Assembly: GCA_002269645.1 (NCBI GenBank)
Contig: NIVC01000136.1
Location: 62,001 to 126,000, forward strand
Reading direction: 5' to 3'
DNA: 64,000 bases
From: Macrostomum lignano
Lineage: Eukaryota
The first letter of the stretch is position 1. Each line of letters begins with the position of its first letter. Below are positions 1 to 11,110 of the stretch, one piece after another. The position numbers and the translations under genes were made by a program. The notes under the pieces are model-generated. The model had not been told where the DNA came from, did not search any database, and saw only the letters and a list, made by a program, of their open reading frames with translations.

Positions 1-22
1 GCATCTTCACTGAATGATCTGC

Positions 23-2178
23 TCACCTCGCTATCCGACCAGGACAGAACAAATTCAGCACATCCTGATGCTTGAACTTCTCAGCCAGATCCGCGCAGGT
101 CAGCCCGCGCCCGTCCGCGTGGCTCGGATCGGCGCCCCGGTCTATCAGGCACTTGGCCGCTCGCACGTGGCCGGCCTCGCACGCGTGCGACAGCGCCGTC
201 CTGCCCAGCTTGTCCTCAGCCAGGACGGACGCACCGTCGCTCAGCAGCTTGCCGACCAGCTGGTGATGTCCGGCATCGGCTGCCAGCATCAGCGCCGTGG
301 CGCCGCTGTCATCTGGCCAATCAACGTCCTGACGTCCGATCCGAGGGATCAGAATGAGAGCCAGAGCCACGTGACCGCAGGCGATGGAGAGCAGCAGCAG
401 CTGGGCAATCTCAACCGACTGCATTCTGTCAAGAGTTTGGCTGACAATCCCATCGTCATTGGTGATGGCCTGAGTGGCTAAAAAGTTGAGAGTTGATGGG
501 TCGCGGAACAGCCACTCGGGCTGGATGCCAACCTCTCGGACCAGCTTAGCTTGGCCTCGGAAAGCCGCCTGGGCGATCACCTTTAAATGATTTTAAGGAT
601 AAATGCAGTTTTGCAGAAACAGATACTGTACAAGCGCACTCATTCAGGGTATACAGAGGTTTTGGCTGTCTAATCGTCAGTCATGTATACTCCAAGGACT
701 ACTAAAGTAGAAGGACGCAACACTCGAAATCTCTGGATAGGATAGGAGGCAGATCCAATGTTCATCTTTTGATATGTCGTGCCATTTTTATTGTTCAATC
801 GATATTCATAAAGCTTTTCGTTCAGAAAATTAGGATTCTGTGTTAATTTTTTTGTACGTCCATTTCATCATGCACCTAAAAATCATAAAAATGCATGAAT
901 TTTGAAGCTCGAATCTTTGGTTTTAGGAATCTATTTTATCATCTCTGTTACACATTTTGTTAACACAGTAGTCAGTTAAGAATGACAAAATAGATTCATA
1001 ATAAAACCATGTAATGAGCTGAGCCGTGCCATTTTAATGGTTTTTAGGCACATGACAGATGCAATTGTATGCAGAATAAGAAATTTACACATAATTTGCT
1101 GAAAAATGAACTTCCCATCTCCATACGTATAGTGTACTTTTTGGCGAAAAGTGGCCTTCAAAACTTTTTCCTTGAAACGTGAGTGTCGCGTCCTGGATAT
1201 ACGTTGCTTTAGTTGTCCTTGACACACTGTCTGCGCCTTGGAGGGCGGGTTGGCCTTCATGGGAGTCAACAACCCCCCCCCCCCCAGCTAAGTTTCCTGC
1301 AGAAGCCCCATATGAATGCCTTCTGTTACCTTCTGTTTGCAGTCGTCTTTAACTCGACAGTCCACAATGGAGTTCATGAAGCGATTCGCTATTTGGAGAC
1401 TGCCAGCGCCAGCCGCGGCCGCTGCTGCGCCGACGCGGCAGTGGTCTCGCAGAGACTCGCTCGAGATCAGCCCGATGACAGAGTCGGTCATCTCCACCTC
1501 GCCATTTCTCACCGCTGTGGGAATCGTGTCCCGGTACCACTGATCACTCACTGCGGCGTCGGCTATGAGCCCAGTGTAGAACAGCACCTGTTGCACCTGT
1601 TTCCGCTCCATTGCTCTGCGCGCCGCCACAGCGCAGCAGCGGTTCCTGGTCTCAGGATCGGCGATGACCTTCAGCAGCAGCGGTGTCGCCAGCTGCCAGC
1701 GAGCGGTCGTGGCCAGCAGTTCAACAGTTGTCGCGCACCAGCGATCGCTCTCAGGCCCATCCGGCAGGTGGCGCAACAGAATCTCGGCGCTCTCGATCGG
1801 GCCTCGGGTCAGCGCGAGCTCCGCGGCCTCCCTGTGACACTGCGCTCGCTCCTCCGGCTCGATCAGCTGGCTGACGAAGGTCTGGAAGACTTGCAGATCG
1901 CCCCACTTGGCCGCCGTCAAGGCCAGGCGCTTGCCGCTGCTCCGCCTGCTCTGGGGGTCGCTGATGGATTCGGCCAGGAACTGCGCCACCGACCAGTGGC
2001 CCATGGCTGCAGCGGTCCTTGACGCTTCATCGCAGCACTCGTCGGCGAAATAAGGAGTAGCGACCCGAAGCAGCTCGGCCAGGCCGCTCTGCACCATGGC
2101 CATGTCGCCAGCCTGAGCTGATCGCATCAGGTCGCGCTGAAGCTGCACTTCGACGCTCTTTGAAGCGCGGCTCCCCAT
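23..2178 (-). CDS. Two-exon ankyrin-repeat protein with predicted N-myristoylation motif (exons 2178-1330 and 580-23)
   Basis: ORF 1288..2202 joins ORF 23..580 in frame through a phase-0 GT-AG intron (AAG|gtaaca at 1329, tttaaag|GTG at 581). The C-terminal exon has canonical ankyrin motifs (GATALMLAADAGH, GRTALSHACEAGH, GADPSHADGRGLTC). The start MGSRAS fits MGxxxS. Confidence 0.8.
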
Positions 2179-2359
2179 GGATGTCCTGCAGGCGGGTTGC
2201 ATCCGGTTTACAGATTGTATAAATTTGCGTGGCCTGCGTCACGTCAGCTCAGCACGAGGACATCTGCGGTAGACCAGGGGTCGGAAAACTCCGGCCCCCT
2301 GGTCACATGCGGAGAGGCGCGAAGCCTCTTTATCCGGCCCGCTTAAAGTTTGTGTCTAT

Positions 2360-2985
2360 TTTCTGCTCTCTTTCTCCTCTCTTTCTCCTCTTCTATCCTC
2401 TAATACCCCCTTCTCTCTCCTCTCCCCTCTTCTCTCTCCTCTTCTCTCTCCCCACTTCTCTCTCCCTCTTCTCTCTCCCCTCTTCTCTCTCCTCTCTCCC
2501 CTATTCTCTCTCCTCTCTCCCCACTTCTCTCTCCCCTCTTCTCTCTCCCCTCTTCTCTCTCCTCTCTCCCGTCTTCTCTCTCCTCTCTCCCACTTCTCTC
2601 TCCCCTCTTCTCTCTCCCCTCTTCTCTCTTCTCTCTCCCGTCTTCTCTCTCCTCTCTCCCCACTTCTCTCTCCCCTCTTCTCTCTCCCCTCTTCTCTCTC
2701 CTCTCTCCCGTCTTCTCTCTCCTCTCTCCCACTTCTCTCTCCCCTCTTCTCTCTCCCCTCTTCTCTCTCCTCTCTCCCGTCTTCTCTCTCCTCTCTCCCC
2801 TCTTCTCTCTCCCCTCTTCTCTCTCCCCTCTTCTCTCTCCTCTCTCCCGTCTTCTCTCTCCTCTCTCCCATCTTCTCTCTCCTCTCTCCCCTCTTCTCTC
2901 TCCTCTCTCTCCTCACTTCCCCTCTTCCATCCTCTCTCCCCTCATCTCTCTCCCCTCTTCTCTCTCCCCTCTTCTCTCTTGTTAC
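2360..2985. repeat. CT-rich low-complexity tandem repeat (second block at about 3195-3505)
   Basis: Degenerate (tctcc/cttctctct)n. It generates spurious S/L/P-rich and R/E/G-rich ORFs. Confidence 0.95.
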
Positions 2986-4009
2986 ATCCGACTTCCGTTA
3001 CCAACTCGAAGTCCAGGTGAATTATGGTTAGTAATCTCAAGCTTGGTAGCGGGCTCTTGCCATGCCGATGTTAACATTCATTTCCTTTATATTTGCTCTC
3101 CTTATATTAGCTTTAGAACGCAGGGTTAATAGGGGCAGTGTCTATGGCCAATGTGTGTGAAATGAAATATACTTTATATACGCATATACCACATCTCTCC
3201 TCTCTCCCGTCTTCTCTCTCCTCTCTCCCCTATTCTCTCTCCTCTCTCCCCTCTTCTCTCTTCTCTCTCCCCTATTCTCTCTCCTCTCTCCCCTCTTCTC
3301 TCCCCTATTCTCTCTCCTCTCTCCCCTCTTCTCTCCCCTATTCTCTCTCCTCTCTCCCCTCTTCTCTCCCCTATTCTCTCTCCTCTCTCCTCTCTCCTCT
3401 CTTCCATCCTCTCTCTCCTCTCTCCCCTCTTCCCTCTCCTCTCTCCCCTCTTATATCTTCTCTCTCCTCTCTCCCCTCTTCTGTCTTTTCTCTCTCATCT
3501 CCCTATGCTTATATTATTGCATCTACACAGTGCATGAGACAACAGTCTAGCCTAGTGCTTAAAATAAAAGATGACAAGAGCCTTTTAGTAATTGCGAGAG
3601 ATTATTGGCAGGCATGCTTGGCAAACAATTGCATGTAGGCCGAAAAGTTACGCGTAATCAATAGCGTTAAAATTCATACACGAAGAACTGTATAAAATAT
3701 TTCACTTACCAACTTTACTTGCAGCTTAGCTTAGTGTTTATCTCGGTTAGCTACTATACTGCAAATGCTGTCAACATCGAAGCAAATTGCATGGAGTTGG
3801 AATAATACCTGTACAGATAGGAGATTCTGGCGTGGCTGTCATTCATGAATAGAGAGGGACAGAGAGAGAGACAGCGCTTATACTTGGAATCTCTGCTTCG
3901 GTCTGCTCGTGCAATTAACAGTAAAGTGTACAATGGTTAAACGATGATGAATTTGGTCCGCTGTACACTCCCGTGTGTTGCCATTCAGGGGAGTCGCGGT
4001 GGGCAGGCT

Positions 4010-4160
4010 CATAAATGCACAACCCCCATTTCTTTACACCCGGCCGCGTGCGGCTTATTATTGACTTTTTGACCAAAAATACGACTTACCTATGGAAGAA
4101 ACCTATAGGCAAAATTAACGTGATTGCATGGGTAAACGGTATAAGTAACTATATACATAT
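4010..4160 (+). mobile_element. Degenerate copy of the hAT-type MITE seen intact at 19169-19465 (inverted relative to it)
   Basis: CATAAATGCACAAC (12/14 to the TIR), followed by ttttgaccaaaaatacgacttac and caaaattaacg...gggtaaacgg...agtaactat, all shared with the intact copy. Confidence 0.6.
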
Positions 4161-4319
4161 CTCAAATGCCTGCATGGGATATGGTTCTAGAGTATTTTTT
4201 AACTCTTGCGTACTAACCGCGAAACCACAGTTATATTTGCTTAACTTTAATTTTAAAAAATCAGCTCGATAGCTATACTAATGAATGTACGGTAAACAAG
4301 GGCTCGTACCCGTAATTTG

Positions 4320-4445
4320 ATATGGTTGTCTCAGCGTACTGCAGGGCGCACTGGGGTCAGTGATACGCAGAGCAGCATAGAAAAAGTCAGCCCAGCATCC
4401 TCAGCTTCATCTGCCGCAGCTAGGGAACGCCTCAAAAGACAACTA
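4320..4445 (+). repeat. ~160-nt 'ATGTGGCTGTCTCAG' core repeat, copy 1 (3'-truncated)
   Basis: Near-identical to 13 other copies between 15.4 and 31.3 kb. Confidence 0.9.
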
Positions 4446-5374
4446 TAGATAGCTACAGAGTATTTGAGAATTTAACAAGCAATTTACTATATTCCTTAAT
4501 GCAATAATGGAGAGAGTTTTTGAATGATGATCGCTACAACTCAGTGTAACAGTGTGAGGGCTGGTGGAACCTATGGTACGACAGAGACACAGAATCCACC
4601 AGAATGCTCAATCAGCTTCCAAATCGAAAGCCGAAATATAAAACCATAGACACTACTCCTGACGTGAAGAAGTGATAAGTAGTACTGAAATTTGAGAAGT
4701 AGCAAGTAGTCACCTTTTTGTATGTCCATTCGAGGGGGGAAATTTTTCGTTGCATAAATTCTGTTAAATCACGCTCAAGACTGCACAAACTGCTTGATTT
4801 TCTATTCGTTTTACGTCACGCAAAGCCCTAAAAGAAACCTTTTGGCTTTTTATGATGAATCCATATCGTGATTCCTCTAGCTAATTTGAATTGCGCCATG
4901 GAACCAATAAAAAATTAAAATCCCATAATTTTTGCGAGACTTTGTCCTACCATAAACATTAGATTTTATATCCGAGAATAGTGTTTTGTAATTATTTACA
5001 AATATAGTGTTGTTGAAATATTATACAAATTGTCCAAATTTAATTGTGTTATTAAACTTTTTAAAATATTGTCTTCGATCAGTCTGCGTGACTCATAACT
5101 GCACAAAAGAAAATGAAAAATTGCATTTTGTACGTTTATTAGCAGGTCACAAGAACTCCACTAACTCCCTTTCATACTAGCTTCTACGAGCGTAACATAT
5201 AATCTTGATATCTTGAGAAAAGTGTTTGCTACACATTAAGAAAATTGTTCTAATCTTAATAGTAATTACTACTTGATTTCATGTGCACCTGTGAAAAATT
5301 CCTGTTCGAATGTCTTCTGGTGCCGTCTGCTGAAGGTGCCCTGGATGATACCGAGGCTTGATAAACTCGATGAT

Positions 5375-5735
5375 GCCCCAACACCCGCCGCCGTTGTCCC
5401 CTGTCGGATCAACCAGTAGATGACTTCAAAGCACTGGGAGAGGTGCATCAGCTGACGCCACCGACTGCCGGCAATCCCGCGCGGCTGTCCCCTGTCCTTT
5501 TCCCACCCCCCCCCCGGCAGGGCCCCACTTGGACTCACCCGGAGGGACATCAGGGCGGTGACCATGGCCCTCTCGTATCATGGCTGTTTTGCCAGGCATC
5601 GTCACCTAAAGGGAAAAATCAGTAGCGAGGAATACCCATTCTGCCTCTCCGGTGTCGAGAGTGGGAGCACTTCATCTGTGATTTCCCGCCTTTACTCAGG
5701 ACTGGCTCAGCCTCAGCCAAGTAAGCAAGCAGTAC
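5375..5735 (+). mobile_element. Degenerate, internally deleted 3' fragment of the non-LTR retrotransposon at 48040-48790
   Basis: Shares ccgactgccggcaatcccgcgcggctgtcccctgtcc, ggacatcagggcggtgaccatggccctctcg and ttctgcctctccggtgtcgaga with the 48 kb copy, but has frameshifts. Confidence 0.8.
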
Positions 5736-5859
5736 CCTGTCTTGACTGTCAACTTAAGCGCTCTGTGCAAAGGGTCCCCAAATTGTAAGCAAGTCTAAAC
5801 ACCAGGCAGTTCAGAATGGCTGCAGTTGAGCTCTTTCAGTCGAGTTTCTGAGCTTCTGT

Positions 5860-6260
5860 CGAGCTGAACTCCTGCCTCTCACGGCACCGAGCCCGATGCT
5901 TCTGCGTGATTGAGCATCAGCATAGCGGTGAGCAGCAGCACAAGCTACCCTTAGCGACATGCTCACAACCAACGTGCATCCGGAGCTGCTCTTATTTATT
6001 TCCGACCTTTCGACAGCTCGGAAACGACCACGACCGTCGAGCCACTTTCAACAGCGCTCACTGCGCTGAACATGATGAAGAAGGCCTCCTCAACTTGCCC
6101 CTGACTGATCATGCAGCTTCCTGACGGCGATGACGGCCAGCAGAGCAGTTGAAATCGCAGCCCAGATGGACAGGCAGATGCGGGCCTTGGTGGAGAACTG
6201 ACCGATCCGCTTATTCGTCACATTCGCAATGCCAGCGCATGCCGGGCTCGGGCGAATCTC
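5860..6260 (-). pseudogene. Frameshifted remnant of a small multi-pass membrane protein gene
   Basis: C/G-ending codons across successive frames give hydrophobic segments ICLSIWAAISTALLAVIAV, AFFIMFSAVSAV and LVLLLTAMLML, separated by frameshifts. No family recognised. Confidence 0.3.
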
Positions 6261-6536
6261 GGCAATGCGAGCTGGGCTTCCTGTCTTGAAAGCGGTGTTT
6301 GCAGCAGCTCTGATGAGGCTTGGCAGAGCCTGGCCTGAGAGCACTGGCAGCTGCTGCGAATGTGCGGGATGATAAAGCCGCTAGCGAACTTCAAACTGAA
6401 AACTCTGCTCCCCTGATGCGTCTTGCGTTGCGACTCAAATGACTCGATGCGACTCTGAGCACATGAGACGAAAAGGGTGACCCAAAAGTTCGGTTCTGTT
6501 CCATGGAATCCCGTCTGATTGCATAAACCCTGAACA

Positions 6537-7082
6537 CACAGCACAATACTGATAGAACAGACAGCACAATACTGATAGAACAGACAGCACAATACTGATA
6601 GAACAGACAGCACAATACTGATAGAACAGACAGCACAATACTGATAGAACAGACAGCACAATACTGATAGAACAGACAGCACAATACTGATAGAACAGAC
6701 AGCACAATACTGATAGAACAGACAGCACAATACTGATAGAACAGACAGCACAATACTGATAGAACAGACAGCACAATACTGATAGAACAGACAGCACAAT
6801 ACTGATAGAACAGACAGTACAATACTGATAGAACAGACAGTACAATACTGATAGAACAGACAGCACAATACTGATAGAACAGACAGCACAATACTGATAG
6901 AACAGACAGCACAATACTAATAGAACAGACAGCACAATACTGACAGAACAGACAGCACAATACTGATAGAACAGACAGCACAATACTGATAGAACAGACA
7001 GCACAATACTGATAGAACAGACAGCACAATACTGATAGAACAGACAGCACAATACTGATAGAACAGACAGCACAATACTGAT
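6537..7082. repeat. 23-bp minisatellite (cagacagcacaatactgatagaa)n
   Basis: About 23 near-perfect tandem units. Confidence 0.97.
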
Positions 7083-7402
7083 ATAACAAAAAACACAGGA
7101 CGGATAGAATAGTTGATTCGTAGATTACTTGCTAACCTTTTCTTGTTTGTTTATTGTTCAAAATAGTTTGCGTCTATTAACTTAGGTTTGTTGAGTTAAA
7201 ACTGGCAAAAATGTATTCAGTTTCTGTCCATAAAACTAAAGCTCTTGCTATTAGGGAGATTTCAGACAGCATTGTTTTGTAGCGACATATTTGCATGAAC
7301 ATTTTAGTTTTACTAAAAATAACAATTTAGTAAAACTCCGACTCGATACAATTTTATTTCATTCAGCAGAGTGCATTGTTGAGTTGCTCAATTTTGATCT
7401 GC

Positions 7403-10400
7403 TCAAATCTGCAGCATCAGCCGCACTTCACAAAGAGACAGCCAGACAGGGCGAGAGTACCAGCACATATAGCTGTGATCTGTTATCTTCCATCGACAAG
7501 AAAAAATTCCGTTAGGGTTGAAGTTATGACAGTAGTTGAACCACCAGCCTCCTTTTCCCTGTTTTTTTGAGCATGAGTAAGTCGCTTTGTCATTGTCCCT
7601 GTCCATTGTGGAGAACCGCATGCCTTTGTGGCGCTCCAAAGCATCCCAGCTGACACTGGACCTGTCCCTCAGCATCTCTCGGTACGTCATCCGATACCCA
7701 GTGCTGGCGTCTCCCACCTGGAATCCCGCGTACTCCGCATGCAGCTCAGAGCCGTTCCACAGCTTCATCTCCACTCTGAGGGTGGCGCCGCCCTGGCTGA
7801 GCGAGTGGATGGCGGAGAGACCTGCGGGAGGAGAGCGGCTGAGTCTGAGTCACTTCTGCTCGGCTTGTCGCCGCTGCTGTCAGGTGAGTGGCATTTCAGA
7901 TGAGTCATAATTGATGAAAACGCACAGGGTGTTACACTAAAGATAGTGCAGATAAATTCAGTTTAACTTTAGCATTTTTGTGCTGGCAATCTGGATTAAT
8001 GCGCAAATGAATTCTGCTGATTCATATATAGCTATGATTTTTTGCGATGATAAATTGAAAATACCAGTTATTGTGCTCCCGTTCTCCCGCAGCTTCACGC
8101 TCATGCACCACCTGCATCATCATCATTTATATTATTGCCTGAAGATGCCGATTGTTCGGCGAAACATGACGCACGAAGAATAATACCGGTAAATTGTAAT
8201 TTGGCATTATTAAAGAAAAAATGCGAATGTTCGTTTTTGCTTTCGTTCCCCAGGCTTTTCATGGCAATTGGTTTAATATTTTTTGGAGATCCAGACAAAG
8301 GAAAAATGTGTGTATTTGAAATGCACCTCCATGGTCTTTCTTCTGTCAATGCTTGAAGCGAGCGATACCAACTCAGCCACTAACCGATTTTTAACCAGGT
8401 AACTCCTTCGCAATACTTTGGTTTCACTGAAAACATGCAAATAAATATACTTTTTGCAGCCCATTTGGGCTTACGCGCATCGAAGTTAATCCAAGATATG
8501 TTTGTCAAAGTAATGGAGCTTTTGTCTATGGCAGCAAGGCTGGCACAGCGGCATTTAATTTGGTCCAACAAGCATCAATTTGGTCCATTTAGTTCATTTG
8601 CAGCTCAGTCCCAGAATTGTGGACCATATGCTAGGCTGTTGAACGAATGTCATTGGCTCGTGATCGAAGCACTCGACGGAGGTGAACACCCAAAGGACAT
8701 TGCAAGGTTGCTGAATGTAAAAGAAAAGGTGGTTTACAGCATCCAGGAGCGCCTTGAAACTCTGCCGGCAGAGATTACCTGCGAAAGGGTGGCAATCGCC
8801 AAGGAAAGTTGCTCGAGAGCCTCAGGTCCAACTGCTACTCGATGCAGTAGAGACGAACCCTTTGTTGACGTTGCCGAAATGCAGCAGAAGTTGAGGGAAC
8901 AGCTCCAGTTGGTTATCAGATTTCGACTATCAGCAGAGCTCTGGAAAAGCAACTGAAAATTTTTGGTAGAGACGCTGACATTCCAGCGGTGCGCAACAAC
9001 CTGCAGACGGTTGAGAGAAGGCAAGAGTTTGTCCAATGGCTCACGAGTGTTTGGACCAAATTAAATGTCGCTGCGCCAGCCTTGCTACCATAGACAAAAG
9101 CTCCGTTACACTGGCAAACGTATCTTGGATTAAATTAAATGCGCGTAAGCCCAAATGGGCTGCAAAATGCTATATTTTATGTTCATGGTAAAACTCAAAA
9201 TCATCTAAAAACATGGTGGAGTATGGATTCAGGTCTCCTGAAACAAAAAATTAAAGAATTGGTGGTCTCATCTTTTTGTCGCACTCGATAATGGCAGCAG
9301 CCTCCAGAACACCAGTGATCCTGATGACAGTAACATGTTTTTAACTTTAAAAAACATTTTTAATCAGCTGAGCAGCCAATCCTTCAATCAACATTCCATC
9401 ATCAGTTGAATGCATTCCGCCATTCACTTAGAATGAGTCACCTAGCCTTCGTTTAGAAGGAGCGGTTCAAAATCTGCTCCCACTACTGACACACAATATT
9501 AGCTGGTACAAAACTGCCGCTCACCGATCCAGAAGTCAGTGCCGTCACCGAAGCCAGTCTCGTACTCAGTCCAGCTTCGTTGGAAACTCACACTGCCAGT
9601 AAGTCGCTGCTGAATCTTCAGGAAGCAGCGACCGTCTGGCTGCAGTTGAACCGCACTGGAAGAACCCGCTGTGCGCTGAGCAGAGGCGCATTGCAGTCTG
9701 GCGCAGGATTTCAAACTAGAGCAGCTGGCTGCATCTTCAGACGGTTTCATTCTCCATGATGAAGTGATTCGGCTGGAATTGGAGAGGCACTGCTCAGCAA
9801 CCAGTGATGTCACCCGCCACTGCACGTGTCGCCACAGGTCAGCGGGCTCCGCCAAAAGTGCAGTCCTGAATTTAGTGAAAATACATAAAATTATTTTATA
9901 CGTGCAAAAACGCGCTTTGATAAATAGATCGTGAAAAGAAAATCTTTATCGACAGCAAACACGCTGACCTGAGTTTGCGGCAACTCCTCAAGTTTCCGCA
10001 GAGCAGCCGCAGCTGAGCGGACCTCCAGTCTGCCGACGCCATCAGCGGACCGACCTCGAACCGAGCACTCAACGAAGAGCTCACTGATCTCTCAGCAGTC
10101 CACAGCCGCATGAAGTCGACAGAGCGAGGCGACAAGTCGGCCAACTGAGTCCTCACAGCATCGCGTGTGGCCTCATCTTGCAGTACCAGATCCAGCTTCA
10201 GGTAGTGCATGTCTCGGCTGTAGTCATACCTGACTGACTCGCTGCTCAAGCTGGAGATGTTGTGGCACAGAAGAGGCTCGATGAGGAAGTGGCCCTTCAT
10301 GTCGAGTCTCTGGTGCACTCGGGCAGAGCAGTTCTCGAGATTGACGGTGCGGATGAATTTCAGCTGTCGGCATGTCGGCAGAGGGGAGAATCTTTGCCGG

Positions 10401-11110
10401 TGCAAGTCAGAGCAGATGAAGCTGTCGTTTTGCAGCATGACGCGGCTCTGAACCTCATGACAAGATCCGTTTGAAACGATAAAAGCTGATATCTTCACTT
10501 TTTCAAGAGCCTCTTGTGGTGAGCTTCCAAAGTCATCACTGCGCTTCAGCTGGGTATTTGCTGACTGCCAGTTCTGCAGCGAAAAACTTTTGTGTACCAG
10601 TTCTGAAACTGAAACTCCGCTTGGATTGTTCTTTGAAATAATCATTTTAAAGCCGAGTCTCAGAGTGGCTACTGGCTCATCCGGAGTCCACAAGAAACTC
10701 AATACCCGAACCGATGATTCGGTGTCGGCTGAGACGCTGATGTTGGTCACCGTGGCGAAGCTCACAGACCTCGGTGACAGATGCCGCAGTTGACGCTGAG
10801 CCTCTGCGAGCATCCCAGCATCCCTCATCAATACAGGAACGCTGAAGTACAGCTTCTGGGTGATGAAGTCGAATCGAGCAGCAATGCCTCTCAGGCTGTC
10901 CGTCACGCACATGAGCGGCTCGACTGCCAAGTGCGGACCGTCGCTCGCTCCCGTGTCGTGCACGAACAGCGCGCAGCCGTTCACGCTGAGCTGCGCCACG
11001 AAGCGGAGCCGCGGAGAGTCAGCGGGAGCGCACTGGGAGACCTGGCCGGCTGCCAGCGAGCAGAGCAGCAGAGCCAACGCTGCAGAAACTCGCAACTGAA
11101 AGAGCTGCAT
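7403..11110 (-). CDS. Secreted fibrinogen C-terminal domain (FReD) protein; exons 11110-9969, 9865-9525, 7821-7403
   Basis: Signal peptide MQLFQLRVSAALALLLCSLAAG. GT-AG junctions keep the frame (AG|gtcagc...ttcag|G and G|gtgag...ccgcag|GT). The spliced product reads IQQRLTGSVSFQRSWTEYETGFGDGTDFWIGLSAIHSL...GMRFSTMDRDND...GGWWFNYCHNFNPNG, the classical FReD motifs. Confidence 0.88.
8430..9190 (+). mobile_element. Internally deleted Tc1/mariner-like DNA transposon relic in intron 2 of the FReD gene
   Basis: Long imperfect inverted repeats (about 8450-8570 vs 9050-9170: gcagcccatttgggcttacgcgcat / atgcgcgtaagcccaaatgggctgc). They flank an ORF with a transposase-like HTH (LVIEALDGGEHPKDIARLLNVKEKVVYSIQERL). 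Confidence 0.6.

Noticed and set aside
2229-3638. Long ORFs 2229..3020, 2356..2916 and 3138..3638
   Set aside because: Translations of CT/GA low-complexity repeats.
6218-7089. Cys-rich ORFs of 200+ aa
   Set aside because: Stop-free translation of the 23-bp minisatellite.
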